Shown piece after piece: positions 1 to 10,496 of a stretch of 64,000 nt of DNA (its first letter is position 1; every line of letters starts with the position of its first letter). The notes below the pieces were generated by a model. It searched no databases. It saw only the letters and a program-made list of their open reading frames with translations, and was not told where the DNA came from. This DNA comes from an uncultured Chitinophagales bacterium (GTDB taxonomy: Bacteria > Bacteroidota > Bacteroidia > Chitinophagales > CAZNGA01): NCBI GenBank assembly GCA_964572485.1, contig CAZNGA010000001.1:30565-94564 (forward strand). Reading direction: 5' to 3'. Made by a program: the position numbers and the translations under genes.

Positions 1-1
1 C

Positions 2-2068
2 GTAGCTCATGTCATTAGCATAACCAAAGATCAGGAAAAGAAAAAATTTAAGATCGACCCCATCTTTCCTGGAGGATTAACAACACAACATGAACTTGAT
101 AGTCTAAAGGATATTTTCCTATCACTTCCTTTTTATAAGGGTGTTATATATAATGAAGAGACCAATGCTTCCCTGATGGCAATTACCTTTAACAGGAAGA
201 TGCTGGACTCAAAGAAGCGTATTGGGATCGTAAATGAAATTGCACAATTAACGGCAGATTTCAGTAAAAGAAACAATGTGGAGATTCATGAATCCGGGCT
301 ACCCTTTCTACGAAATTATCGGACCACCCAGATCGCAAGTGAATTGAAATTATTTCTTTTTCTTGCTTTAATTATCACTGCTATACTACTTTTTCTATTA
401 TTCAAATCATTATACCCTGTATTCTTTCCAATGTTAGTGGTTGTTATTGGTGTCATTTGGTCTATTGGCTTGATCGTAATGTTGGGGTACAAGATCACCT
501 TATTGACCGGACTGGTCCCTGCTCTAATTGTGGTGATCGGTATTCCGAATTGCATCTATTTTTTGAACAAATATCACGGTGAGTTCAAGAAACACAAGAA
601 TAAGATCAAGGCACTTTCACGAGTGATAGAGAAAATAGGGCATATTACATTTTTTACCAACCTCACTACAGCCATTGGTTTTACGGTATTTTATCTGACA
701 CGCAGTAAAATGCTGGAAGAGTTTGGGTCTGTAGCAGGATTGAGTCTTGCTGTTCTCTTTCTTATTTCCCTAATACTTATTCCTGTTGTGTTTAGCTTTT
801 TGCCTCCACCCAATGTCCGTCAAACAATCCATCTTGATAATATTCTGCTCAATAAAACACTACATTTTTCTAATTACCTGGTCAACAATCATAGGAGGAA
901 GATTTACATTTTCACTTCTATCGTATTGCTTATGGCTATATTTGGTATGTTCCGCTTAAATGTGAAGGGATTTATCTTTGATGATATCCCATTTGAATCA
1001 AAACCCTATAAGGATTTGAAGTTCTTTGAGGGTAATTTTCGGGGGGTTATGCCTTTTGAAGTTATTGTGGATACAAAAAAGAAGGGAGGTGTTCAAAAAC
1101 TATCCGCCTTAAGAAAAATCGATGAAGTGCAAACATTGCTTTCTTCCCATGATATCTTTTCAAAACCACTTTCATTGGTTGATGGTCAAAAATTCTGCAG
1201 GCAAGCTTTTTACAACGGGAATCCCGGTCAATATCGACTACCCAATGAATTGGAAAAAAGCTTCATTAACAAGTATCTTTCATCCATCAAAGATCAAAGA
1301 AACCTAATTAACTCATTCGTTGATTCAAATAAACAGATCGCCCGCATTAGTGTTCAGATCGCCGACATAGGCTCTGAGGGAATGCCCTTATTATTAGATA
1401 CCTTGAGGCCCCGTATCGAAAGTATTCTGGACACAGGCTCCTATAATGTTTCAATAACCGGTACTAGTATTATTGCCACTGAAGGATATAACTACCTTTT
1501 TAGAGGGTTATTGAATAGTGTTGCTTTTGCACTTCTTCTCATTGCTTTGATCATGGTCTATCTCTTCAGGTCCTGGAAAATGCTATTATTCTCTCTGGTC
1601 CCAAATCTGATCCCCCTGATCATTACAGCAGCGATCATGGGATACTTCAATATTTACTTAAAACCCTCTACTGTATTGATCTTTAGTATCGCTTTCGGTA
1701 TATCTGTTGACTTCACAATTCATTTTCTGGCCCGTTTCCATGAGGAATATGGCCGCCATAATTGGGACATTAAAAGAACAGTTACCACCTCATTGCACGA
1801 AAACGGTGTTAGCATGATATACACTGCCTTAACCTTATTTTTTGGATTCATCATCTTTACTGTCTCTGATTTTGGTGGTACTTTTAGTTTAGGTTTGCTT
1901 ACCTCCATCACCTTAGTGGTTGCTACTTTCACTAATTTAGTGTTGCTTCCCTCACTGTTAATGTCTTTTGAAAAACAGATCAGCAGGAAAGCACTCAAAG
2001 AACCGCTATTAACAGTATTTGATGAAGAAGAAGACATTGAATTAGAAAAACTAGAATTGATAAAATAA
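2..2068 (+). CDS. RND/MMPL-superfamily membrane transporter, 5' end outside the window
   Basis: The frame of the 176..2068 ORF stays open back to base 2, so the gene starts upstream. The translation has two blocks of about six hydrophobic helices separated by a large soluble loop, which is typical RND/MMPL (SSD-type) architecture. It stops 8 nt before ileS. Confidence 0.75.
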   Translation, partial: VAHVISITKDQEKKKFKIDPIFPGGLTTQHELDSLKDIFLSLPFYKGVIYNEETNASLMAITFNRKMLDSKKRIGIVNEIAQLTADFSKRNNVEIHESGLPFLRNYRTTQIASELKLFLFLALIITAILLFLLFKSLYPVFFPMLVVVIGVIWSIGLIVMLGYKITLLTGLVPALIVVIGIPNCIYFLNKYHGEFKKHKNKIKALSRVIEKIGHITFFTNLTTAIGFTVFYLTRSKMLEEFGSVAGLSLAVLFLISLILIPVVFSFLPPPNVRQTIHLDNILLNKTLHFSNYLVNNHRRKIYIFTSIVLLMAIFGMFRLNVKGFIFDDIPFESKPYKDLKFFEGNFRGVMPFEVIVDTKKKGGVQKLSALRKIDEVQTLLSSHDIFSKPLSLVDGQKFCRQAFYNGNPGQYRLPNELEKSFINKYLSSIKDQRNLINSFVDSNKQIARISVQIADIGSEGMPLLLDTLRPRIESILDTGSYNVSITGTSIIATEGYNYLFRGLLNSVAFALLLIALIMVYLFRSWKMLLFSLVPNLIPLIITAAIMGYFNIYLKPSTVLIFSIAFGISVDFTIHFLARFHEEYGRHNWDIKRTVTTSLHENGVSMIYTALTLFFGFIIFTVSDFGGTFSLGLLTSITLVVATFTNLVLLPSLLMSFEKQISRKALKEPLLTVFDEEEDIELEKLELIK

Positions 2069-2076
2069 GTATCTCT

Positions 2077-5000
2077 ATGGAAGAGAAAAGTAATTCATAT
2101 AAAAAATACAATGAGCTTCATCTGCCTTCATTTGAAAAAGAGATCTTGTCTTATTGGGATGAGGAGTCCATCTTTGATAAAAGCATCTCTAACAGAAAAG
2201 ATAGCAAACCATATATCTTTTATGAAGGCCCGCCATCAGCAAATGGTATGCCTGGCATACATCACGTAATTTCACGAACGATAAAGGACCTTTTCTGTCG
2301 CTATAAAACACTGAAAGGGTATAAAGTTGAAAGAAAAGGGGGATGGGATACACACGGATTACCTGTAGAATTACAAGTTGAGAAGGAGCTGGGGATATCC
2401 AAAGAAGATATCGGCGACAAGATCACCATAGCGGAATATAATAGCAAATGTCGCAAAACGGTCATGAAATTTAAAGGTGAATGGGATGACCTCACCGTAA
2501 AAATGGGCTTCTGGCTGGATCTAAATAATCCATACATCACATTTGAGAATGACTATATTGAAACACTTTGGTATTTATTGAAAAAATTGTACAGTGATGA
2601 CCTTCTATACAAAGGATATACCATACAGCCTTACTCTCCTGCAGCAGGTACGGGCCTAAGTTCTCACGAACTGAATCTTCCCGGCTGCTATAAGAATGTC
2701 AAAGATACTTCCATAATTGCCCAATTTAAGGTGGTCAACAATAGTTCCTCAAAGCAATTGTTAGAAACCTTGGATAAAGACCTTCCTGTTTATTTCCTGG
2801 CATGGACAACAACGCCATGGACCTTACCATCCAATAGTGCATTGGCTGTTGGGGCGAAGATCGATTATGTCTGTGCATTGGTTGAACATCCAAAGACGAA
2901 GGTGTCTCAATATATTATTTGCGCATCTAACATCCTTCCTTCTATTGCGGAGGGTGCAAAGATCATTGATGAATCACGCCATTTTAAAGGGAAAGATCTT
3001 GTTGGTATTGAATATGAACAATTGCTTGATTGGGTAAAGCCATCAAAACCGGCATTTAGGATCATTACAGGGGATTTTGTGACTACAGAAGATGGCACCG
3101 GTATTGTTCATATTGCTCCCACTTTTGGTGCAGATGACTTTAAGGTAGCAATGCAAAATGACATTCCTGCAATAACGGTAAAGGATGAAAATGGAAATCA
3201 GTGCCCCTTGGTTGATAAAAGAGGGTGTTTTGTGAAAGAAGTCACTGATTTCGCCGGTAAATATGTCCGCTCAGAATATGAAGACGAGGAAACTTTGAAG
3301 GATCCTGATTATAGATCCACGGATGTGCTCATAGTGATAAAGCTATTTAACGAGAACAAGGCGTGGAGCAAAGAAAAATTTGAACATTCCTATCCTCATT
3401 GCTGGCGAACTGACAAACCTATTATCTATTATCCCATGGATAGCTGGTTTATTAAAACTACTGCTTGCAAGGATAAATTTGTCAAAAGAAATAAGGAGAT
3501 CAACTGGAAACCAAAATCAACAGGTAAAGGCAGGTTTGAAACATGGTTGAAAAATTTAGTGGATTGGAATTTATCCCGTTCCCGCTTTTGGGGAACCCCA
3601 TTACCTATTTGGAGAACCGTTGATGGCAAGGAAGAAATATGTATTGGATCTGTGGAAGAATTAAAGCAAGAAGTTAAAAAAGCAGTGGATGCCGGATTAA
3701 TGAAACAACCATTACCCGCCGACTTCGATCTTCATCGTCCCTATATCGATGAAGTCATTTTGGTTTCTCCTTCCGGAGCTGAAATGATGCGCGAGCCGGA
3801 CCTCATTGATGTTTGGTTTGATTCCGGTGCTATGCCTTATGCACAGTGGCACTATCCCTTTGAAAACAAAGAAACCTTTGAAAAGAATTTTCCTGCAGAT
3901 TTCATTGCTGAGGGCGTAGATCAGACGAGGGGTTGGTTCTTCACCCTTCATGCAATTGCAGTCATGATATCCGATTCTATATCTTATAAGAACGTTGTTG
4001 CAAACGGATTGGTCCTGGATAAGGATGGTAACAAAATGTCAAAACGTTTGGATAACGCAGTTGACCCCCAGGAAACAATAGGCAAATATGGGGCTGATGC
4101 AACAAGATGGTATATGGTGGCAAATGCGCAGCCATGGGATAATATTAAATTCGACACAAAAGGCATATTGGAAGTGCAAAGGAAATTTTTTGGAACCCTT
4201 TTTAATATCTATTCTTTCTTTTCATTGTATGCAAATATTGACAAGTTTACTTACAAAGAAGAGACGATTCCCGTTAGCAATCGACCCGAGATTGACAGGT
4301 GGATCATATCGTTGCTCAATTCACTCATCATAACCGTAAATGAATATTATAGTGATTATGAGCCTACAAAAGCAGCCAGGACTATCCAGGAATTTACTGA
4401 CAAGCATTTAAGTAATTGGTATGTGCGTTTATGCCGTAGAAGATTTTGGAAAGGGGAGTATTCTGATGATAAGATCAGTGCATATCAAACTCTTTACCAA
4501 TGCATGCAGGTCATTTCCCAGTTAATGTCTCCGATAGCACCCTTCTTTTCAGATTTTCTATTCCTAAATCTTAATAGTGTAACTTCAAAGGAAAGTTACG
4601 CTTCTGTTCACTTAAGTGACTTCCCTGAATCAGAAAGTTCTTCTATAGATGAAGGTCTTGAAGCACGAATGAAAATAGCCCAGGATATTTCATCATTGGT
4701 GCTATCATTAAGGAAAAAAGTCAACATAAAAGTAAGGCAACCTTTAAGTAAAATTCTCGTACCTATATTAAATGAAAAAGATAGAGACCAAATTGAGAAA
4801 ATCAGAGATCTGGTCTTATCAGAGGTTAACATAAAAGAGATTGAATATGTAACAGACACTTCGGGTATCTTTTTGAAAAAAATAAAACCCAATTTTCAAC
4901 TATTAGGTAAGAAGTGGGGACCAAAAATGAAAGACATTTCAAACCTGATCAGCGCTTTTGATCAAAAGGATATTGAAAAAATAGAGAATACGGGTTCTTT

Positions 5001-5427
5001 CACTATTGGTCTAGCTAACGAAAAAATCGAAATACTGCTTGAAGAAGTTGAGATATCTTCTGAAGACATCCCTGGTTGGCAAACAGAAACATTAGATAAC
5101 TTAACTGTTGCTCTAGATATTACTCTTACCGAAGAGTTAATCGATGAAGGGAATGCCAGGGAATTTATAAACCGGATCCAAAATGTTAGAAAAGACAAAG
5201 GTTTTGAAGTAATTGATAGAATTCAAGTACATATTCAGAAAAACGAGGAAATACAGTCTGCAATTATCAATTTTAAAGATTATATTTGCAGTGAAATTTT
5301 AGCAGAGGATATAATGGTACAAGAAAAAGTTGCTGATGCAACTGAAATAAATGTGAACAACAAAATAATATTTGTTAATATCCGTAAAATCAAGGATACA
5401 AATGGCGAAAAAGAAAACAAGATATAG
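2077..5427 (+). CDS. ileS: Isoleucyl-tRNA synthetase, long type-2 form
   Basis: 1116 aa. HIGH-region equivalent PPSANGMPGIHHV, KMSKS motif GNKMSKRL, and class Ia editing (CP1) and anticodon-binding regions. The length is typical of Bacteroidota type-2 IleRS. Confidence 0.97.
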   Translation: MEEKSNSYKKYNELHLPSFEKEILSYWDEESIFDKSISNRKDSKPYIFYEGPPSANGMPGIHHVISRTIKDLFCRYKTLKGYKVERKGGWDTHGLPVELQVEKELGISKEDIGDKITIAEYNSKCRKTVMKFKGEWDDLTVKMGFWLDLNNPYITFENDYIETLWYLLKKLYSDDLLYKGYTIQPYSPAAGTGLSSHELNLPGCYKNVKDTSIIAQFKVVNNSSSKQLLETLDKDLPVYFLAWTTTPWTLPSNSALAVGAKIDYVCALVEHPKTKVSQYIICASNILPSIAEGAKIIDESRHFKGKDLVGIEYEQLLDWVKPSKPAFRIITGDFVTTEDGTGIVHIAPTFGADDFKVAMQNDIPAITVKDENGNQCPLVDKRGCFVKEVTDFAGKYVRSEYEDEETLKDPDYRSTDVLIVIKLFNENKAWSKEKFEHSYPHCWRTDKPIIYYPMDSWFIKTTACKDKFVKRNKEINWKPKSTGKGRFETWLKNLVDWNLSRSRFWGTPLPIWRTVDGKEEICIGSVEELKQEVKKAVDAGLMKQPLPADFDLHRPYIDEVILVSPSGAEMMREPDLIDVWFDSGAMPYAQWHYPFENKETFEKNFPADFIAEGVDQTRGWFFTLHAIAVMISDSISYKNVVANGLVLDKDGNKMSKRLDNAVDPQETIGKYGADATRWYMVANAQPWDNIKFDTKGILEVQRKFFGTLFNIYSFFSLYANIDKFTYKEETIPVSNRPEIDRWIISLLNSLIITVNEYYSDYEPTKAARTIQEFTDKHLSNWYVRLCRRRFWKGEYSDDKISAYQTLYQCMQVISQLMSPIAPFFSDFLFLNLNSVTSKESYASVHLSDFPESESSSIDEGLEARMKIAQDISSLVLSLRKKVNIKVRQPLSKILVPILNEKDRDQIEKIRDLVLSEVNIKEIEYVTDTSGIFLKKIKPNFQLLGKKWGPKMKDISNLISAFDQKDIEKIENTGSFTIGLANEKIEILLEEVEISSEDIPGWQTETLDNLTVALDITLTEELIDEGNAREFINRIQNVRKDKGFEVIDRIQVHIQKNEEIQSAIINFKDYICSEILAEDIMVQEKVADATEINVNNKIIFVNIRKIKDTNGEKENKI

Positions 5428-5785
5428 TGATAATGAACTTAATGAGTTCAAGAATATTATTGATAAAAAATTGCAGGCTGCATATTCTGAATTAAAATAT
5501 TTGCAAGAGCAAATCAATAGAACAAGTTCTAATGGCACTGAAGACACTGAGAACAAATTCCTCGGATTGGATGACAGTAACGCATCTATGGAAAGAGAGT
5601 ATTTGACTCAGATGGCCGGCCGACAACAAAATTTTATCAAGCATCTTGAAAAAGCTTTGATCCGTATTAAAAATAAAACTTACGGGGTATGCCGCGAAAC
5701 TGGTAAGCTTATTTCAAAGGCTCGTTTGAAATCTGTACCTCATGCTACCTTAAGCATTGCTGCAAAAAAGTCCCAACAAGTATAA
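5402..5785 (+). CDS. DksA/TraR-family protein
   Basis: Start chosen at MAKKKTRYSDNELNEF. Coiled-coil N-terminal part and a C-terminal YGVCRETGKLISKARLKSVPHATL block typical of TraR/DksA. It overlaps the ileS stop by 26 nt and sits in the conserved ileS-x-lspA position. Confidence 0.75.
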   Translation: MAKKKTRYSDNELNEFKNIIDKKLQAAYSELKYLQEQINRTSSNGTEDTENKFLGLDDSNASMEREYLTQMAGRQQNFIKHLEKALIRIKNKTYGVCRETGKLISKARLKSVPHATLSIAAKKSQQV

Positions 5786-6434
5786 TCCGTTGAAAGGTTA
5801 CAGGCCCATTATAATAATTCTTCTAATCCTTCTCATTGACCAATCCTTAAAGTTCTGGGTAAAGACCAATATGGTTTTGGGTCAGGAATTTGATGTGATC
5901 AGTGATTTCTTCAAGATTCACTTTACCGAGAATGCCGGTATGGCATTTGGTCTCAAATTCGGAGCCGAAACAGGAAAACTAATATTAACCTTTGGCAGGA
6001 TCATCGCTGTCATATTCATTACCGGGTATTTAATAAATATTATTAAACGGCCTGGCCATCAAATATTGATAACAAGTATCTCGCTGATCCTCGCAGGTGC
6101 CATTGGCAATATCCTAGACTCTATTTTCTATGGCATACTTTTTTCTGATAGCACACATCAGGTGGCACAATTCTTATCTGAGGAAGGGGGATACTTTGGA
6201 TTATTTCACGGCAGGGTAGTGGATATGCTCTATTTTCCCATTGTAAAAGGATATCTGCCCTCTTGGTTTCCATTTTGGAGTGAAGAATATTTCATATTCT
6301 TCAGGCCGGTATTTAATATTGCAGATGCTTCCATCACGACAGGGGTGTTGACAATTATTATATTTCAAAGAAGACTATTCAAAACCAAAAAGGTGAAGAA
6401 ACAAGAAGTTGAGGAAGAGGTTGGTGTTTCTTGA
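5757..6434 (+). CDS. lspA: Lipoprotein signal peptidase II
   Basis: Four predicted TM helices. Motifs LIDQSLKFWV, NAGMAFG and FNIADASI match the peptidase A8 family, and the gene is in classical synteny downstream of ileS. The exact start is uncertain because it overlaps the previous gene. Confidence 0.88.
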   Translation: MLQKSPNKYNPLKGYRPIIIILLILLIDQSLKFWVKTNMVLGQEFDVISDFFKIHFTENAGMAFGLKFGAETGKLILTFGRIIAVIFITGYLINIIKRPGHQILITSISLILAGAIGNILDSIFYGILFSDSTHQVAQFLSEEGGYFGLFHGRVVDMLYFPIVKGYLPSWFPFWSEEYFIFFRPVFNIADASITTGVLTIIIFQRRLFKTKKVKKQEVEEEVGVS

Positions 6435-6435
6435 G

Positions 6436-7707
6436 CTAATTAATGAGCTCAAATCCGGTATATTTTCTAAGTACCTCAGGAACTATTATCCCATCTTTGG
6501 TCTGATTATTTTCCAATAATGCGGCTACAATTCTGGGTAATGCCAACGCACTACCATTTAAAGTGTGGGCAAAGGTGGTTCCTTTTTCACCATCTTTATA
6601 TCGCAATTTCATTCTATTGGCCTGAAAGGACTCAAAATTAGATATCGAGCTGACCTCCAGCCACTTTTCCTGGCCCCCTGAATATACTTCCATATCAAAT
6701 GTTAAGGCTGAAGCAAAGCTAACATCACCTCCACATAATCTTGCCACCCTATAATACAATCCTAACTTTTTCAATAATCCTTCCACATACTTTACCATTT
6801 CATCAAGTGTATCATATGACTTCGTAGGGTGCTCAATTTGAACGATCTCTACCTTATCAAACTGATGCAACCTGTTCAATCCTCTTACCTCTTTTCCGTA
6901 TGAGCCGGCTTCCCGTCTAAAACAAGGAGTGTAAGCAACCATTTTGATAGGGAATTCTTCTTCTTTTATGATCACATCTCTATAAATATTTGTTACCGGT
7001 ACCTCGGCAGTTGGGATCATAAAATAGGGATCATCCTTTAGCTCATACATTTGTCCTTCTTTGTCGGGTAATTGCCCTGTCCCAAACCCTGAATCCTCGT
7101 TTACCATCAGTGGTGGTATAATTTCAAAATAGCCATAATCAATAGCACTATCGAGGAAAAAACTTATTAGTGAGCGCTGAAATTTTGCTCCCTTTCCCTT
7201 GTATACGGGGAAACCGCTTCCTGTGATCTTATTCCCAAGCTCAAAATCAATGATGTTATATTTTTCTGCAAGCTCCCAGTGAGCCATCGCATCCTGAGAT
7301 AGTTCCGGCTGAGAGCCTTCCTCCTTAATGACCTCATTATCTTCTGAAGTTTTCCCCTTTGGAACAGAGGAGTGTGGTACATTTGGGACGCTTATCAATA
7401 GGTCCTGCAATTCCCCATTGATCTCGCCCAATTGCTCTGTGAGTGTCTTTGATTCTCCCTTGAGCACTCCGGTCTCTTGCTTTACCTTTTCTGCTTCTTC
7501 ATTCTTCCCTTCTTTCATCAGGTTACCAATAGTCTTTGATAAATTGTTTATGCTCTCCAAAACCTGATCAAGGCTGTGCTTGGTTTTCTTCCTGGTGTCA
7601 TCAAGTGTAAGGATCTTATCAATGATATCAATATCATTGAAATGTTTTATCGCCAGTTTTTCAACTACCTCTTCTCTGTTGTTTCGGATATAAGAAACCT
7701 GTAACAT
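6436..7707 (-). CDS. serS: Seryl-tRNA synthetase
   Basis: Start chosen at MLQVSYIRNN, the typical SerRS N-terminus. Long coiled-coil arm, and class II motifs CFRREAGSYGKEVRGLNRLHQFDKVE and GSALALPR. Confidence 0.95.
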   Translation of the reverse strand: MLQVSYIRNNREEVVEKLAIKHFNDIDIIDKILTLDDTRKKTKHSLDQVLESINNLSKTIGNLMKEGKNEEAEKVKQETGVLKGESKTLTEQLGEINGELQDLLISVPNVPHSSVPKGKTSEDNEVIKEEGSQPELSQDAMAHWELAEKYNIIDFELGNKITGSGFPVYKGKGAKFQRSLISFFLDSAIDYGYFEIIPPLMVNEDSGFGTGQLPDKEGQMYELKDDPYFMIPTAEVPVTNIYRDVIIKEEEFPIKMVAYTPCFRREAGSYGKEVRGLNRLHQFDKVEIVQIEHPTKSYDTLDEMVKYVEGLLKKLGLYYRVARLCGGDVSFASALTFDMEVYSGGQEKWLEVSSISNFESFQANRMKLRYKDGEKGTTFAHTLNGSALALPRIVAALLENNQTKDGIIVPEVLRKYTGFELIN

Positions 7708-8025
7708 ATTGTTTGCTATTTTTTGCAAATATACTACATCATTTGAATAGTTTGTCTTGTCAAATTCAGTCTCAAATAACTATAGCAGTAGGCAACTTTT
7801 TGAAATTAAATTTTTCTTTTCCATAATTTATAGCTATTATTGCACTCTAGTCTACCTTTTCACTCTCAAGGGATAGATAATAATTCACTAAAATTTTTGG
7901 AAATCTACAATCTTTCATAGTTCTATGATTAGATTATTTGATTTTCTAGGGTAAAACAAATCCTTCATATGATAACAGTCATCTATTTTTCTAAATAGAA
8001 ATCTATAATTACAACCCCTTTATTT

Positions 8026-9624
8026 ATGTATGATATCTTGCAACTGAATGAAATGCTGATCCTTGAATTAGCAGATATTGCCGGTAAACTTAAGATCGGC
8101 AATGTAAAAGGCTTGAACAAGCAAGAATTAATTCACAAGATTCTTGACCAGCAAGCAGTCCTTCCTGAAGCTGATGGTAACAAAGAGACCAAAGCAAATA
8201 AAAGTAAAGAAGAACCAAAAAAGAGTAAAAGAAAAGTTCTCTCAAAAAAAGTAAATACTACAACGGATACTTTGGACAAACCCGAAGAAGAGAAGCCTGT
8301 TGAACCTCAAAAAGTAAAAGCTGAGACGCCAAGTGCCCCAGCTGAACCAACAACGCCAAGTGCTTCGGTTGATACACCAAACACTCCTGTTGAGCCACAA
8401 AGTGCTTCTCCGGTAGAGTCTTCTGTTCCTCCTGCGGAACCTCATAAGAAGAGGCCATTTAAAAAGCCTGAGCATAGTGAAAAACCTAAATCTGGTTTTA
8501 ATGTTGAGATCGATGGTCTGATCATTGGCGAAGGTGTTCTTGAACTCATGCCTGACGGTTATGGTTTTCTCCGCTCTTCAGACTATAATTACCTGACCTC
8601 TCCCGATGATATTTATGTATCGCCATCCCAAATTAAGTTATTCGGATTAAAAACAGGCGACACCGTTCAGGGTGCCATACGGCCCCCAAAAGAAGGTGAA
8701 AAATACTTTGCCCTTTTAAAGGTGGAAAGTATCAATGGCTTTACCCCTGAAGAGATTCGTGACCGAGTACCATTTGATTATTTGACACCATTGTTTCCTG
8801 AGAAAAAATTCAGCCTCTATACAGATAGCTCAAATTATTCAACCAGGATAATAGATATTTTCACGCCTATTGGCATGGGACAAAGAGGACTTATTGTTGC
8901 ACAGCCTAAAACCGGAAAAACTGTCCTGTTGAAAGAAGTGGCTAATGCTATTGCTAAAAACCATCCTGAAACATATTTGATCATTCTTCTTGTCGATGAG
9001 CGCCCTGAAGAAGTGACGGATATGCAAAGAAGTGTGAATGCAGAAGTGATCGCATCTACGTTCGATGAACCTGCAGAAAAACATGTGAAGGTTTCAAATG
9101 TTGCCCTTCAAAAAGCGAAACGCCTTGTTGAATGTGGACATGATGTTGTTATTCTTCTGGATTCTATCACCCGATTAGCACGTGCACATAATACAGTTTC
9201 TCCTTCTTCAGGAAAAGTTCTATCAGGTGGAGTTGAGGCAAACGCCTTGCATAAACCAAAGCAATTCTTTGGTGCTGCCAGAAATATGGAAGATGGTGGT
9301 TCGCTGACAATTTTGGCTACTGCTTTGATCGATACTGGATCTAAAATGGATGAGGTGATCTTTGAAGAATTTAAAGGAACGGGTAATATGGAATTGCAGT
9401 TAGATAGAAAATTATCAAACAAGCGTATCTATCCAGCCATTAACGTTGTTGCATCTAGCACAAGGCGTGATGATCTTTTATTGGATAAGGACATTCTACA
9501 GAGAATGTGGATCTTGCGCAACCATGTTGCAGACATGAATACTGAAGAGGCTATGGCCTTTTTATTGAATCATATGAAGGGAACTAAATCTAATGAAGAG
9601 TTTTTAGTTTCTATGAATGGATAA
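8026..9624 (+). CDS. rho: Transcription termination factor Rho with an N-terminal low-complexity insertion
   Basis: Rho_N helix bundle ([16 protein letters not shown]), CSD-like [14 protein letters not shown], Walker [16 protein letters not shown] and Walker [15 protein letters not shown]. About 115 aa of P/E/K/S/T-rich insertion lies between the N-terminal bundle and the CSD. A ~300-nt non-coding leader lies upstream. Confidence 0.95.
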   Translation: MYDILQLNEMLILELADIAGKLKIGNVKGLNKQELIHKILDQQAVLPEADGNKETKANKSKEEPKKSKRKVLSKKVNTTTDTLDKPEEEKPVEPQKVKAETPSAPAEPTTPSASVDTPNTPVEPQSASPVESSVPPAEPHKKRPFKKPEHSEKPKSGFNVEIDGLIIGEGVLELMPDGYGFLRSSDYNYLTSPDDIYVSPSQIKLFGLKTGDTVQGAIRPPKEGEKYFALLKVESINGFTPEEIRDRVPFDYLTPLFPEKKFSLYTDSSNYSTRIIDIFTPIGMGQRGLIVAQPKTGKTVLLKEVANAIAKNHPETYLIILLVDERPEEVTDMQRSVNAEVIASTFDEPAEKHVKVSNVALQKAKRLVECGHDVVILLDSITRLARAHNTVSPSSGKVLSGGVEANALHKPKQFFGAARNMEDGGSLTILATALIDTGSKMDEVIFEEFKGTGNMELQLDRKLSNKRIYPAINVVASSTRRDDLLLDKDILQRMWILRNHVADMNTEEAMAFLLNHMKGTKSNEEFLVSMNG

Positions 9625-9656
9625 TTATTAATTTGTAAAGGTAAAATTGAACAGCA

Positions 9657-9812
9657 ATGAAAAGAACTTTTCAACCTTCAAGAAGGAAAAGAAAAAATAA
9701 GCATGGCTTTCGGTCAAGAATGGGTACTCAAAATGGTTCGAATATTGTTTCAAAAAGAAGAGCCAAGGGTAGAAAAAAACTAACCGTTTCCGACGAAAGA
9801 AAACTCAAATAA
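9657..9812 (+). CDS. rpmH: 50S ribosomal protein L34
   Basis: Hand-translated 51-aa ORF, below the ORF-track size cut-off: [51 protein letters not shown]. This is the canonical L34 N-terminus and it lies directly upstream of rnpA. Confidence 0.92.
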   Translation: MKRTFQPSRRKRKNKHGFRSRMGTQNGSNIVSKRRAKGRKKLTVSDERKLK

Positions 9813-9825
9813 ACCAATAGTTAGC

Positions 9826-10260
9826 TTGAGCTTATCTGGTAAAAGTGAAATAATATCTCCACGAAAAAATAACTCATTTGATAAGTCAGAACGGATCAAA
9901 AGCAAAAAGCTGATAGACAACCTCTTTACTGATGGTAAGTCTATTAACACCCCTCATTTAAAACTTCTCTGGTTACCAGTCCCTGCAAGTGACTCTCCAG
10001 CCAAAATTGGATTTGCAGTTTCCAGCAAAGTTTTTCGTAAAGCTGTTGACAGAAATAAGCTCAAGCGACTTTTGAGAGAGTCCTTTCGGCTAAATAAAAA
10101 GAGGGTCTATGATCATCTTTCCGCAAATAAATCATCCGCCACTTTTATGCTCATTTTTACAGGTAAAAAATTGGTCTCCCATAAGGAAATTGATGATGAA
10201 ATAATTCAACTTTTAACCCGTTTTATAAAGGATAATGAAACTTTTATCCCGAATTCTTAG
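9826..10260 (+). CDS. rnpA: Ribonuclease P protein component
   Basis: Basic 144-aa protein with [17 protein letters not shown] and [16 protein letters not shown] (RNR-like motif). It sits in the rpmH-rnpA-yidD order. The track start is a TTG, so the exact start is uncertain. Confidence 0.85.
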   Translation: MSLSGKSEIISPRKNNSFDKSERIKSKKLIDNLFTDGKSINTPHLKLLWLPVPASDSPAKIGFAVSSKVFRKAVDRNKLKRLLRESFRLNKKRVYDHLSANKSSATFMLIFTGKKLVSHKEIDDEIIQLLTRFIKDNETFIPNS

Positions 10261-10465
10261 TATATTGTTGTTAGGAATAATAAAGTGCTACCAATATATT
10301 ATTTCTCCATTGCTAATGCCTTCATGTAGGTTTACTCCTACTTGTTCACAATACGGCATAGAAGCTATAAACAAACATGGGCCGCTTAAAGGTGGCTGGT
10401 TGGCACTAAAAAGAATATTGTCATGTCACCCATGGGGAAAACATGGCCATGACCCTGTTCCTTAA
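10235..10465 (+). CDS. yidD: Membrane protein insertion efficiency factor YidD
   Basis: 76 aa with [15 protein letters not shown] and [25 protein letters not shown], the hallmark YidD sequence. Confidence 0.92.
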   Translation: MKLLSRILSILLLGIIKCYQYIISPLLMPSCRFTPTCSQYGIEAINKHGPLKGGWLALKRILSCHPWGKHGHDPVP

Positions 10466-10496
10466 TTAAAATATTGATCAGTAAAAATCTATTAAA

